In this document: in pieces, positions 1-13,704 of the stretch
Layout of the letters: each line of letters begins with the position of its first letter
Numbering within the stretch: the first letter of the stretch is position 1
Assembly: GCF_006345805.1 (NCBI RefSeq)
Contig: NC_043008.1
Location: forward strand, 64,976,001-65,040,000
Reading direction: 5' to 3'
DNA from: Octopus sinensis
Taxonomy: Eukaryota
Length of the DNA: 64,000 bases
Notes under the pieces: model-generated
The model's database searches: none
Told to the model about the DNA's origin: nothing
What the model saw: the letters and a program-made list of their open reading frames with translations, nothing else
Program-made: the position numbers and the translations under genes

Positions 1-1606
1 CAGTTATTTTCAACAGCTCATACCCCATCACGAATGTTAACAAACCTCACAAAATTCGTTACTGCTGATAAGGAGATTCAGAATAGTCTTTGGCGGCTTT
101 TCTTAACTTACCTTCAAAAAAAAGCATGAACACACTGACATTTAACGCAACGTAGCAAAATGAATCAAATGTTTCTAATATTCGTGAGCAGCAGAATTAG
201 ATTAAATTCACATAACACTTACACAGAACCAAGCGTTCGCAAAACCTGTTTGCTACACCCACACAAAGTCAAAAATCTATGAAGCATTATCACAACTATA
301 TTGATTTGTTAGACAGAGCGTCGAAATTTGTGAAGGAAAGAATCGGCGAGTAAATAGCTCACAGTGGCTGGCTTGTGTTTATTATTTAACGACCTATACA
401 AAATGGCTAACAGTGACCTCTGAGATGTGATTCGAAATGAGAAGATATAACAAATACTCGCGATGAAATATCTGAGATTTCACACACCGATCTACCGACG
501 TTATTACACCATAGGGTTAACTAATCAGATAGTTATTTCAGTTCTGCTTCGTTTTGGCTTCTCTGGCAAGAAAAGCTCAGCAATACACTATTCAGATATT
601 AAAAGTAAGCGATAGCATACGTTCAAACGTGCATTCCTGAGCATTAAGTTTGGCAAATGGCACCCGAATACACATTTAGTTCCATTATCGAAGATCCTAA
701 TGCAATTCTCTGGAAATGCTGTAAAGAATTGAAAATCGCATGAACCTGTACAAATGCAATGTTCCTTTGTTTTCTCGCAAGTCAACTCTGACCGAGCCAA
801 CGTAATATAAGTTGCTGCGTTCGAATCATGACCATTCCAACAAGGACTCTTATCTTATACAGCCTTACATTAAAAAGCAGATGTTGGGTGCATTTCGAGG
901 AACAAGTGACCGCTATTTGTAGCAGGTCGACTGATATTATTGGCCCAAAAGAAAAGTAAAGTACCTGCATGTAGCGTATAACAAAGATAAAAGGATTTTT
1001 AAAATGTATTTCCATTTGTCCCACGGAAGGCAGGACATAGATATTTTATATTGAGAATGTAATGTATCACACGATAAACCTAAAATTATTTTCAATTAAG
1101 TTGTTACATTGTTTTATGTAGAAACAAGAAGTTGTAACCACTTTGGCTTTATTGAAATTTACCTGTAGGTTTATTAATTTTCAATGAAGTTGAAGTTCAT
1201 GTCTGACTGACACATGTTTCGGCATGTAGCACTGTTTGCCCATCTGTTCTGTGTAAGTTGCTGCAGCAAATTAGAAACAATTGTAAACTAATATTTAGTA
1301 TTGTTGATAGAAGTTCCACACAGCCATACTTAATAAACTTAGAACTTGCTACAAGACAAAGACAAATATTCCAGCGTTTACAACATAAATTTAGTTGCTT
1401 CCTTTCGTATAGGTCTGACAATCTAATTAAACGAAACGCTAACGTAAGTATTAGAGTACTTTACTGCTGTTGCAGTTTCTTAAATATTCTTGTTACCACT
1501 CGTTTTTCAGTACTCTTTCACTGTCTATTTCTGTCTGTCTCTGTCTCTGTCTCTTTCTTTCCTTCTTTCTTTCTTTCTTTCTTTCTTTCTTTCATTCTTT
1601 CTTTCT

Positions 1607-1638
<32 letters not shown>

Positions 1639-1801
1639 GCATATACACAAGCAAGCACCCACGCACACACATATACACACACACACACTTATATATATAT
1701 ATTCTAAAGAATATATATATACATATTTTAAAGTTGTTATATTTCATAATTCTAATTTCTTTCCAACACGTGTTACATATATGCAAACGGTAACACACAC
1801 A

Positions 1802-1884
<83 letters not shown>

Positions 1885-2631
1885 ACATATATATATATAT
1901 ATATATAAGGACGTGCGATGTATGTCTATGTATGTATATATACGAAAATAAACTTGTATCTATGTTTCCCATACACAACCCACATCTATTAAGATTTTTT
2001 TTCCTTTCAACAGATATGTTTATCTTCACGATAAGTTGACTACATGGATATTTCGATCAACCGAAAATATGTTGTGAAACAAAAACATGGAAATGATATA
2101 CATAAAATGGAGTATCTTATATCTACTACAACTCATTTTCTCTGAGATGTTTCTACGAAGACTGAAAAGATGCGATTTAATGGTAAGATATTTGAAACAG
2201 CCATGCTCACGATATAGCTTATCGCAAGATTGTAATATAATACTCATATTCTTTGCTATTCTGAATTCGTGTGAAACCACTCAGACTTCTGGTTTATTGA
2301 AAAAAAGTCGAAAACAGATAACGCTCATATTTCTACATTTCTCATGGAGGAAATAGAAAATTTAAATATTATTCATTATATGTTAATTTACATTGTTGTA
2401 AGACAAAATAATAATAATAATGGTTTCAAATGTTGCCACAAGGGCAGGAACTTTAGGGTAGGGGGTGAGTCGATATCATCGACCATAGTTTCAACTGGTA
2501 CTTATTTTATCAACCTGAAAAGGATGAAGAGTAAAGTCGACTACGGTGGAATTTAAACTCAGAACGGGAAGACGGACAAAATGCCACTAAGTCTTTCGCC
2601 CGGCGTGCTAAAGATACTGCCAGCACGCCGC

Positions 2632-2815
2632 TGGGCGCTGGGGTCAGTTTCAGAAGGCATCAAGAGGAATCTAGAGGAAATCGGAATAGAGTGCCCAGTA
2701 GAACTGTTGCACAACGTTTGCTTCCTTGGCACTGCCAGAATAATAAGGAAAGTACTAGATAGTTGAAAAGAACAGATAAAATGGTACCGTAGGCTGAGGG
2801 CAGCAAGCTCGCTAC
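2632..2815 (+). mobile_element. 3' end fragment of an RLE-type (R4-like) non-LTR element
   Basis: ALGSVSEGIKRNLEEIGIECPVELLHNVCFLGTARIIRKVLDS* parallels the C-terminus of the 13.5 kb element; it is fused to a SINE head at 2631. Confidence 0.6.
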
Positions 2816-2871
2816 GCGTGCAAGACTCCAGGAATTCCAACAAAACCAAAATTTAAAAAAATATTAATATA

Positions 2872-3408
2872 AGTTACAAATATTGCATTTCTAAATCTCT
2901 CACAGAGACTAATACAGTAGCAGCACGATAAAGTGATGGCTTGTTGCCAACTTAATGTGGCAGTGCCAGGAAAGGGAACAATGCTACTGCAATTTACCCC
3001 CAGGAAACACCGTTTCCAGTTGGCTATGTAACACATGCGTTCTGTGTCCTTAAGTTTTCAAACAGGGGAGATAAGCACCTCCACCCAGCAAATCCAGCTT
3101 TCAGAGACTAATTTCAAAGTTATTGGTCTTCATCAGTCTGGAGTACCTTGGCTTGCTAACTGACGATGATTGTTCGCTGTTGAAAGCGTATAGAATTTCA
3201 AGTGAAATGAATTCACTGATCTACAAAATTAGAAATATTACATTTCTAAATTTCTCAGAGAGACTTATACAGTAGCAGCACGATAAAGTGATGGTTTGTT
3301 GCCAACTTAATGTGGCAGTCCCAGGAAAGGGAAGACTGATACTGCTATTTAGCCCCAGGAAACACCGTTTCCAGTTGGTTACGTGACACAAGCGCTCTGT
3401 GTTCTTAA
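2872..3408. repeat. Two ~180 bp direct repeats separated by a segment with HHR-like relics
   Basis: 2872-3052 resembles 3227-3408 (e.g. TACAGTAGCAGCACGATAAAGTGATGG, CCAGGAAACACCGTTTCCAGTTGG). The spacer has CTGATGA..GAAA on minus (~3098-3136) and CTGACGA..GAAA on plus (~3160-3186). Confidence 0.7.
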
Positions 3409-4301
3409 ACTTGGAGGTTTTATCAGAAATTTAGAATTTTTAGCTAATTTTGCATAATATTCTATGTTGTATTTATACAGTTTTGTTTTCCATTTGATCA
3501 GTTATTAAAGATACTTGAATCTATATATTACCAATAATTTACTTACTTGTAATTACGGCACTATAGGTGCACTCAACTTGGGTGGATGCGACCATGGAAA
3601 ACTGTATAGAAGTCCCTCAAGAGAGGCCCTTATCTGAAATTCAAAAGATGCAACCTTGGCAGACACTGTGTCGCGCTGATTCTACCTGAGAGTTGCATTA
3701 AAGTTACACGTGTTGGATATGTTCAAGCACATATACCTTCAAGTGCAGGTAACTCACTTAGATGAACAACTAATTCCTCCTCGTCAAGTGACGGTGTTTC
3801 AGCACCACGGCTCCATCTTAAATGTGAATAAAAGCCCTAATACCATAGATCTTCCAAGTTTTCACCACACCATCCTTTCTATTTCTGATCTGTATCTATC
3901 AATATATCGACTAATGTGTTTTTTAAGAACAGTAGAACAGTAGAACGTTATTGGAAACAGAATTTCTTGCTATTTCTGAACGACAGAAAAGAATGTGTGA
4001 GTTACAAGGTTCAAGTATGTCTATGTGCTTAAGATGTTCCCTTCACATCCACACGTTACCGAGTTCGATTCCACAACAATTTGGGAAGGTAAATTCTATC
4101 ATAACCTCAAATTGTCAAACCCATGAAAACGAAATTTATAGATGAATAAATGTATATTGTAGGGAGTCACATGTATTTAGGAGCCTGCTTGAGTCTCGGA
4201 TTATCTCCCCTCCTCATACAGTGCTGGGCGCTATTCCCACTTCTACCAGGCCTTTGTATATATTTTTAAAGAAGAGAATTATTTTAGTAATTTTATATTC
4301 A

Positions 4302-4663
4302 ACTAGCAGTATCACCCGGATGTTTAGAGAGTTATAGCCAAAAATAGCCAAAACAATGCATTAAAAATGGAAAAAAAATGATGGTAATTTTTTTTAAATC
4401 GTTGACTCATCGTAGACATTTCTAGAGAGTTACTTCCCTTATATAATACCGAAACAAATGCATTAAGATGGAAGAAAATGATGATAAATTATTTTTAAAA
4501 TCGTAGACTCATCGTAGACGCGCGCTAATAACCAGAAGGGTTAGATATGAATCACGACTATAAGATACCCGCTTTTGGTTACACTGCACGGCAAAATGTG
4601 GGAGTAGTTATGAATATAAATCGTAGGAGACAGACACACAACTTGACTTTTATATATAAAGAT
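4302..4663 (+). mobile_element. Second copy of the Helentron-like element
   Basis: Shares the ACTAGCAGTAT start, GTAGACTCATCGTAGACGCGCGCTAATA, and the same 3' end as 8208-8591. Confidence 0.6.
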
Positions 4664-5649
4664 ATAATTTATATAATTTTACATTCAATATAATTTAAAC
4701 ATGTATTCCTTTTAGATCATTTACTTCAGTGTGATCGCACACGTGTGTGGCAAACACAAGATGTTGTTTTAGGTTAATCGTTTTGTATTAGGTGTTCGGG
4801 TTTTTTTTTATTTTTTTATTTTTTTGCTATTTCGTATTTCTGTATCGGACCACTGCAGCTTGTTTGAAATATGCATTTCCTATATCCTTTTTATTGTGGT
4901 TTCCGAACTATATCCGATTCATCTTTAGGATATACAGTTTTGATGGCTGCTTCAATCCCTGTTCCATAGTGAGTGGCATATCTTCTGCAAATCTGAAATT
5001 TGACAACCAGAAATTTGTTCTTCAGAGTCCCATGTAGTGACACATGAATTTGGTACTTCATAATAAATATTAAACAACATAAATATAGATGTATTTTAAT
5101 ACAGCGTATTAATACAGCAAAATTAAAGCAAATCTGCATATCTATAAATAAATAGATAAATGTATACACACAGACACACTCATACACACATGCATATATA
5201 TGCAGGACTCCCTCCATTTACGGAAGTAATGAGATCTTCAAAATTTGACTCTAACGCGAAATCCCGTTATACAAAATTCATTTTCCTATTGTTATTCATG
5301 TTACCAATCCTACGGATAATTTCGGAAAAAAAGAAAGGATAATAGACTCAAACAACAGAACACGTAACACCATCACCTATTTACTTGACAATAATTTTTA
5401 AGTGTACACAGTGCAATATAGATACATAGAAAGATAAAAGCATTTCATGAGGAAAACGTTAGAAGACTAAAGAGAATCATGATATCGTAAGAGTACTTTC
5501 TTACCAGAGAAGAGGTTGACTACTGTGAGTGGGGTGATGGTAGTGGAATCAGCGTTACCAGAGGAATAAAAGACAATATTTAATATCTTTTAGTTCCCTA
5601 TCACCAACATCAGTTTTTAGTCGTGAAGAACTTACCCAAAGTATTTTGT

Positions 5650-6700
5650 TGTTCATGACACATCATCTCTTTGTACAGCTCAATGTAGGAACTGAGCTCA
5701 TTCTAACCTATTGCCATGTTTATATTAGTTCAGGATCGGGATCCTTTTAAGCAGAATCTGCAGACCTTTCTTTATATGTGTCAACCCTTTATCAAGAAAT
5801 TTTGCTGCCAATTTAAGTGATGTAGTGGAGCATACGTTGTCGCATCCGAATTTTCAACTTGTGCTTTATCTAGCAGCTCAGCTTCTCGTTAAATAAACCT
5901 TCTCTCTGGAATACTAGTAACTCAATAACAACTTCCTCTATAATTTCTTCAAATTCTACATCAGTTGCAAGTGTGTCGATATATTTCCAGATTTGATGTA
6001 GACTTTCTGCTTCAGGAAATCTTGTAATATCACTGAGGCAGTCTGGCCATATATTTTGCCAAGCACTATTGGTGCTGATAGTTCTTCCCAAGAAATGAAA
6101 GTTCTAGCAGACACGCTTTTCCAGAAAAGTACAGTCTTATCAAAATTGTATAATTGATTGATCTGCTGTATAACTTCACTTTCAGCAATCAATTTCTTTA
6201 ACTGCTCAGGATAATTAGTCGTTGCCTCTGTATCAGCATTAGCAAATCTATCAGTCATTTCTATGTTGTACAAAATTATACGCTTCTTAAACCTTTCAAA
6301 TGAGCATTTACTGGCCAAATAATAGTTTTTCACATTCCTTTTTCGGCAAATCGTTATATAAATTATGGGCCTTTTTTTTTTATCCTTTTAATTTCCATCG
6401 TGGTTATCGGCATATTACGCCGATTCTGATCCTTGATCCGTACAACCAAAAATCATTCCATTTTAGATCTATGGAAAAAAATAAAATGGGACAGTTAATG
6501 CAATAGCTGCCTGAGTATTTGACGTAGTTTTCTTTCTGTTGTCACGTATTGTTCACACTGTAGGCCTTGCAAGATTTAATGTGTTGACAATAGAACACTT
6601 TCTTCCGCATCAAGTCTTTTTAAAACATCGAGTTTAATATCCCCTTTACGGTTCCTTTTCGCACTACTGCCTTCAGTTCTACTTCATATATTCTTTCCAG
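5650..6700 (-). pseudogene. Tigger/pogo-family transposase relic with an internal deletion
   Basis: HTH-psq-like SAKRNRKG..LDVLKRLDA..LNLARPTV; ASKCSFERFKKR..ADTEATTNYPEQLKKLIAE..LYNFDKTVLFWK..RTFISWEE; then a jump to the C-terminal WPDCLSD..EEIIEEVV..L and KKGLQIL. The DDE core is mostly missing. Confidence 0.85.
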
Positions 6701-6929
6701 ATATCTTAAATTGAAGGTGTATCCAATAGCAGCTACGATTTATTGTCCACAAAAAAGTATATAGTAAAACAATTTTCTCTGGAAATATCTGTGAGAACGG
6801 AAGCTTGTCTTATTCCTATGGATGTAATAACGAAAATGAGATGGACAGGTTAATGACTAAATGATTGCAGATAGTTGAAAGTCCACTAGGTTTTATAGAT
6901 ATTTCGCATCTTGCACTTCTGACATAAAC

Positions 6930-7814
6930 ACACTTTCATGCACATATACTCATACACACTCATACACACGCCCATACACACACGTACACCACCTCCATCC
7001 ACTACAAACACACCGACTTACACTTATACCTCAACTTTTCCTCCTCACACTCTAACCACACCAAGCTCCCCATCCCTCCGTCCAATTCCTCTGACTGCGC
7101 AGGCTCTAAAGTGACGACCATGACTTTGAGACACATAGCTCGCCACTTCATCTTCCTGGATATATCCTCACCAATAACCACACTGCCCTTGCCAGAGCAT
7201 GTTTTGTGAATCCTACATCTGTCTCTCTCCCCGCACCCACCTCGCCGTTACTAGTCTCTCGTTTCCCCTCACCTACCACCCCCCTACTCTGCCTCTACAA
7301 CGCACCATTCTCCGAGCCTTCCGTTGACTCCGTTTTCATCATTTTTACATATCTTTTCTCTACTCTCTATCTACTTAATACTACCACTACATTCTCAAAA
7401 TTTCATTCACACCACAAGACCCCTTTGAATGCGAAGCATATGGAATCAATGTCTCCACACTTTCCATTGGTAATGACAAAATATGAACTCCTATCGGAAT
7501 TTACATACCACAGACAAGAAGCATTTCTACCACTTCTACACACCACTTTCCTTGGACAGTGGAACCGCAGCTATAACGTCCTACATATATTTTTATTCTT
7601 TTATTCTCTTATTTTCTTTTATACTTCTTATTTCCATCCTTTTCCAAAATAACTCCTGATATTGAACGCAAATATTTCCCTCTATTTAACCATCTCACAT
7701 CGTCTTTGATGAAGGGATATCCCTAATATCCCTGAAACAGCTGTAAGACTTACTTTCTCCTTATAAATGGCCTGAAAATTCCACACAACCTTGGTTCTGT
7801 TGTCTCATTTTATC

Positions 7815-7817
<3 letters not shown>
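6930..7817 (+). mobile_element. PLE pseudo-LTR-like low-complexity element ending in (CA)n(TA)n
   Basis: C/A/T-rich strand-biased sequence with an HHR ~70 nt from the 3' end, followed by a microsatellite. The left boundary is approximate. Confidence 0.5.
7702..7749 (+). ncRNA. Minimal type I hammerhead ribozyme, C3U variant
   Basis: GTCT-TTGATGA-AGGGATAT-CCCTA-ATATCCCT-GAAA-CAGCTG-TA-AGAC. Perfect 8-bp stem II and palindromic stem III ACAGCTGT; the first core base is T instead of C. Confidence 0.7.
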
Positions 7818-7880
<63 letters not shown>

Positions 7881-8207
7881 GAACATCATTTATACCTGTA
7901 TATAATTATTCCAGAAATTATAATTTCATTACGTCTCACTAATATTTAATTTATTATTATCAATAAACTGTTCATTACAGTGTAGGCACTTCCAGAATCA
8001 TTACTGAACCGGAAAAAATGCTTAGCAGCAATTATTCAGACTTTGCGTTCTCAGTTCAAATTCTGATGGGCTCGGCTTTGCCTCTCAGTCTTTCGAGGTC
8101 GATAAAAAAAGGAGTCGGTATAATCGAATCATCTCTTGCCCCGAAATTATTAGCCTTGTGCCAAAGCTTGAAATCAGCATACAGAAAACATTTTATATAT
8201 ATTCAAT

Positions 8208-8591
8208 ACTAGCAGTATAGCCCAGCGTTGCTCGGGTTTGTAAGGGAAATAACTATATAAGCATTTTTAGAGATGTAAAGTATAATAGCCGTCTCAATAT
8301 GGCTAACCACAAAGGGGGGTGTTACTGTAGCTTATTTAATAATACAATTTTAGAGAGTTATTTCCCTTATATAATAGCAAAACAATGCATTAAAAATGGA
8401 AAAAAATGATGGTAATTTTTTTTTTAAATCGTAGACTCATCGTAGATGCGCGCTAATACCCAGAAGGGCTCGATATGAATCACGACTATAAGATACTCAC
8501 TTTTGGTTACACTGCACCGCAAAATGTGGGAGTAGTTAGGAATCTAAATCGTAGGAGACAGACACACAACTTCACTTTTATATATAAAGAT
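8208..8591 (+). mobile_element. Non-autonomous Helitron/Helentron-like element (HINE/DINE-like architecture)
   Basis: Starts ACTAGCAGTATAGCCCAGCGTTGCTCGGG (5' hairpin) and ends GACAGACACACAACTTCACTTTTATATATAAAGAT, with an internal duplication. A second copy lies at 4302-4663. Confidence 0.6.
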
Positions 8592-9949
8592 ATATATAAA
8601 GAAAGAGGGAGGGAGGGAGGGAGGGGTGAGAGAGAGTGTGTATGTGTGTGTGTTTGTGTGTGTATTATTGTAAACAATCAGTGACAGAATTAAGAGTCGA
8701 TTTGAACGTGTAGCATGTGGAAGGAAGAGGACTGCAACAACACTCTATTGCTTCTCCTTTTCAGATCATCAGACAGGAGCTACGTGGAACAAGGTGTATT
8801 GTCATCGCTGAATCTATACCACGCGATTCAAGAATCTGACATCCATCCTAAGTATTTTGGCACCAATCACTTAAACACTACGTCACGCACCTTCACACGC
8901 ATACAGATGCACACATACATACACACATAATAAACATATATAGACATCGAGTTAATCGCAATATTTATATATATATGTGTGTGTGTGTATATATGTATAT
9001 ATGTATGTGTGTGTATTAACAGGTATATATATATGTATATATATATATAGATATAGATATAAATATACACACACATGTAAAATTTACATACATACATGCA
9101 TAGCACGTATACTTACTTACTTACATTGTATATGTTTAATTATTTAGTTCGTATAAATTGTAATCTGAGACCAGTGTGCCAGCCTGTCGACAAATTTATA
9201 GACACAGACTATATTCCTACATATTTTATGACAAGCCTGTATAGTTGCAATAACATTGTGGTTGTGGCAAATTGATGCTATATCAAATAAGAATCATATT
9301 AGAATTAAAGAATAAAAGCAATAAACAAACACAAAAACGAACAACAAATAGAATTGTAGATTATTTCATAAAAATATATATAAACAAGCACCAACGTATT
9401 TTATACAAGATACGAAACGATATCCTATCTTGCATATCGTGTCACTTAGTAAGAAAAAATAAATAATATATTTCTAAAATATAGACAATCTGATATCGCT
9501 TAAGGAAACGCGATATCATCTTTATAGATTGTTTAGAGAAATATAGTTTACGTTGGGCTGAAAACTCTATTCATATCAACATGAAAATATCAAAAAAGAA
9601 AATCCAACTCGACGTTTTTTCATTTTCATAAATTATCATTTTCTCTCTTTTATATGAGGTGGGTATGGAGCGTTGCCTTTAAAATGCAAAACAATTGTTT
9701 GTCAAAAATGCAACAAATTTAAGATAGGATCAATTTACAACATAGTTACCTGAAAGTAGATATCAACATCTATATTTAAATATTTAGAAAACACAAGAGA
9801 CGATGTGGCGAATATTATGCTTGTGTTATAAGGATCTCGTATTATATATAAGGAAAGAGAGTTTTTAACATAAATCCCGCGAGAAGCTAAAGAAAAATGC
9901 CGACACACATTTAATGATAATTCCACCATCGTACATATACGTGCATTCA

Positions 9950-10110
9950 TTCATACATACATAGAAATAGACACACATACATACACACATGCATACATAC
10001 ATACATACATACATACATACATACATACATACATACATACATACATCATACATACATACACACACACATACATACATACATACATACATACATACATACA
10101 TACATACATA
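9950..10110. repeat. (TACA)n microsatellite (also ~36625, 61845)
   Basis: Directly visible; explains the MYVC-repeat ORFs. Confidence 0.95.
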
Positions 10111-10869
10111 CATGAATAGGCAGGGCAAGAGGAGAGACATCGGAGAGAAAGTCGTTGAAGAGATCTCAAGGTGTGGCGAAAGATTTCTGACAAACTAAAA
10201 AAATAATAATTAATTGGAAAAAGATTACCATCTCCAACACACGTGTTCGCATCAAGAATCTTACGAAACAAATGGATAAACGTGTGTGTGTGTGTGTGTG
10301 TATGACGATATATGTGTGAGATTTTTATAAAAAATAATGCCATTACTATGAAGAAGAGATACCCACAAAGCACGAGGCTTGTTGTTCTAGATAAGATAGG
10401 AGTCGTTATGATGATGTTAGCTGTTCAATATGTGTTGTATTTGCCGGCCGTCCATGTGTTTTTGTCCTGACAGCTGACAGCTGACTGCAGCGTTCTGTGT
10501 TCGGTCTGATGTTTGCCGTACGCCTTTTCTTTTCTGGCCGTATTGGTTAAAATGCGTTGAATTTTAGTGGTAATCTTAGTCAGAAAAGTACACCAATGAT
10601 GAAATTGTTGTTAGATCTGGTTCTACTGAATGGTCAGATGTTTTTGATGACGAATTGTGATCATATTCTTGAGTCGTTTTTGCATCGCATATATTGATCG
10701 GTTTCGAATTCTAAATTAGATATACTTGCCACATACACACACATAAATACATAAAAACAGAAACGTAGATAGATAAATAGATAGATAGATAGATAGATAG
10801 ATAGGCAGACAGACAGACGGGCAGATAGGCAGACAGACAGACAGTCAGCCAGTCAGACATATAGACAGG

Positions 10870-11069
<200 letters not shown>

Positions 11070-11441
11070 GAATTTTTTGAGTTGATTTGTCTAGTCAAGA
11101 AGAAAGTAAGATGAGGATAGAGAAAAACGTAAGAGTTGAAGAACGAGGGCATGTAGGAGGTATGCTTAGCACCAGACAACGGATAATAGACAAGGATAAT
11201 AGAGAGAAGGATTTCATACACGGGTCGAAGCGGGGTTGAACACACGAAGAGTGGTGAGGAGGAAGACGGAAGGATTTATGTTCCTTTGCATACATTTATA
11301 AGAATAGTAACAGAAAGAGATAAAAAGAGATAGAGATATTTGATACTGGCGAGAAGACCACCAGATTGTGGGTTCGTACACATAAATTAAAACATATATG
11401 TGTTTACGTACTTACGTACATTTATGTGCCTATATATATAT

Positions 11442-11656
11442 ATACTCTTTTACTCTTTTACTTGGTTCAGTCATTTGACTGAGGCTACGCTGGAGCACCG
11501 CCTTTAGTCGAGCAAATCGACCCCAGGACTTATTCTTTGTAAGCCTAGTACTTATTCTATCGGTCCCCTCTGCCGATAACACACCAGCATCAGTTGTCAA
11601 ACGATTTTGGGGAGACAAACACAGACACTCAAACATATATACACACACACACACAT

Positions 11657-11690
<34 letters not shown>
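11442..11690 (-). mobile_element. SINE family B, 3' half
   Basis: CAGTCATTTGACTG..GCTGGAGCACCGCCTTTAGTCGAGCAAATCGACCCCAGGACTTATTCTTTGTAAGCC. Other partial or old copies lie at 21147-21272(-), 41930-42275(+), 58118-58445(-) and 59861-60207(-). Confidence 0.8.
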
Positions 11691-11691
<1 letters not shown>

Positions 11692-11793
11692 GTTAATCCA
11701 AACATGAACAAAGAGAAAACACAACAACGCGAGGACGTGGAACGAGTATAGTGTTATTCGACAATCAGCAAAGGATAGAAAGAAAGAAGGAGG

Positions 11794-11828
11794 ATCTAAC
11801 GTTTCGAGCGGAGCTCTTCGTCAGAAAC
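11794..11828 (-). ncRNA. Very small hammerhead motif with a weak stem I
   Basis: Minus strand: GTTT-CTGACGA-A-GAGC-TCC-GCTC-GAAA-CG-TT-AGAT. There is an extra A after A9, a 4-nt palindrome ACGT, and stem I relies on G-U pairs. It sits in a ~200 bp element (11690-11900) between microsatellites. Confidence 0.55.
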
Positions 11829-11907
11829 ATAGAGAAAGGAAAGGTCCAAGGAAGGGTAGACGGAGAAAGAAAATCGCCAACGATACACACACGGTCACAT
11901 ATTGAAC

Positions 11908-11941
<34 letters not shown>

Positions 11942-11982
11942 ATGTGAGTGTGTGTGTGTATCTATATAAAATGAATATAATA

Positions 11983-12206
11983 TATTTCTTTACTACCCAC
12001 AAGGGGCTAAACACACAGGGGACAAACAAGGACAGACAAAGGGATGAAGTCAATTACATCGACCCCAGTGTGTAACTGGTATTTGATTTATCGACCCCGA
12101 AAGGATGAAAGGCAAAGTGGACCTAGGCGGAATTTGAACTCGGAACGTAACGGCAGACGAAATACGGCTACGCATTTCGTCCGGCGTGCTAACGTTTCTG
12201 CCAACT
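11983..12206 (-). mobile_element. SINE family C monomer
   Basis: Same head and body as 15238-15840. Other copies lie at 2445-2631(-), 33320-33400(+), 34110-34200(-), 37393-37608(-), 44295-44432(-) and 48465-48620(+). Confidence 0.85.
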
Positions 12207-12218
12207 ATAATATATATA

Positions 12219-12264
<46 letters not shown>

Positions 12265-13056
12265 TATATATATATATATACATATTTATATATATACACA
12301 CATATATATGAGGTCATACAAACAGGAAAATATAACAAAACTGATTATCATATTTTATCAAAATTCCTTTATCAAATGCTTTGTTAATTCCATGCACGAA
12401 AATCTGGGAGATTGAGTCACTCTGCAACTTATGTCGATAAATATATTCATATATACATACATACATACATACATACATACATGTATATATGTCCACACGC
12501 ACACACAGGCTCAGATTTAAACAGACACCACATATATGTATACAAGTGTGTGTGTATGTATATACATATATATCTGTATATGTTGATTTTATCAATGCTG
12601 CCATAACGCCTTCCTCCAACAGGAAATGTCGTCGGACAGCGGAAATGCTTTAATACTATGTGCAAATCTTGAACACATGAGCATATGATGACGGGCGTTT
12701 TTGGCATTAGTTTCACTGTCTACTCGTGTTGACGGAAGCAGTGTTTTAGTGACTGTCTGTTCAAGACTCGGTGTATCATTAGTGGTTAGGTCGGTTGGTT
12801 TTAGTAATGTGTGTATAGTGAAGGATTGTAGCGTTGAAGTTCATTTTTTTTTATGCCGACTAAATATTCTAATTTACTGTTAGTGCAAGATATGTGATTA
12901 CTATGATAGCTATGTTAATTATCTTACGGGTAATTACAACAATAATAATGTTTGTATTGACTCTAACTGGTGTTAATATTTGTGGCATTGCTGTATTCAG
13001 GAATATTCAGCACAGTGTCATTGAATGATGAATATGATGACGATGATAGCAAATTC

Positions 13057-13111
<55 letters not shown>

Positions 13112-13126
13112 TAATAATAATAATAA

Positions 13127-13647
13127 CAGAAAAAAGATGGTATAGGCACACACCAGAAAAGGTCACAGAAAACGAGAAAGCAACCATACTCTGGGATATG
13201 CAGATACACACAGATAGAGAAATTAAGGCCAACAGACCAGATATAGTTGTCAGAGACCATGAAGAAAAAAAATGCTTTCTAATTGATGTATCAATACCGG
13301 CTGATGACAACGTGTCTCTAAAAGAAATGGAGAAACTCTCAAAATACAAAGACCTGGAAATAGAGGTAACTAGAATGTGGAATATGAAAACAGAAACAAT
13401 TCCTATCATAGTAGGTGCATTATGCATGATAAAAAATATTCAGACAAATACATAACAAAAACACCAGGACTTACAAACACATATAACATACTGAAAATTG
13501 CACTACTAGGCACTGCTCACATCCTACGCAGAACACTTTCCATACAATAACCATCAGAGCATCACAACAAATCACAGCACATACCCAAGGCACACAGAGC
13601 TGCGCTCGGTAGTGAAGTGAAAGCACGCTATAAAAATAAAACTACTG
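13127..13647 (+). mobile_element. 5'-truncated R4/Dong-clade non-LTR retrotransposon (RLE endonuclease, 3' UTR) within (AAT)n
   Basis: ILWDMQIHTDREIKANRPDIVV..CFLIDVSIP..KEMEKLSKYKDL..IPIIVGAL is a PD-(D/E)xK restriction-like endonuclease. A frameshift near 13435 continues KIALLGTAHILRRTLSIQ* (stop 13550). (AAT)n lies at 13057-13126 and 13648-13705. Confidence 0.85.
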
Positions 13648-13663
13648 AATAATAATAATAATA

Positions 13664-13704
<41 letters not shown>

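Noticed and set aside
500-1421. GC-richer segment with Cys-rich ORFs (possible transposase C-terminus or exon)
   Set aside because: No diagnostic motif in any frame and no consistent splice sites.
10440-10690. Possible decayed GIY-YIG fragment on the minus strand
   Set aside because: Only a partial QYGQ-like resemblance among many stops; it could not be aligned convincingly by eye.
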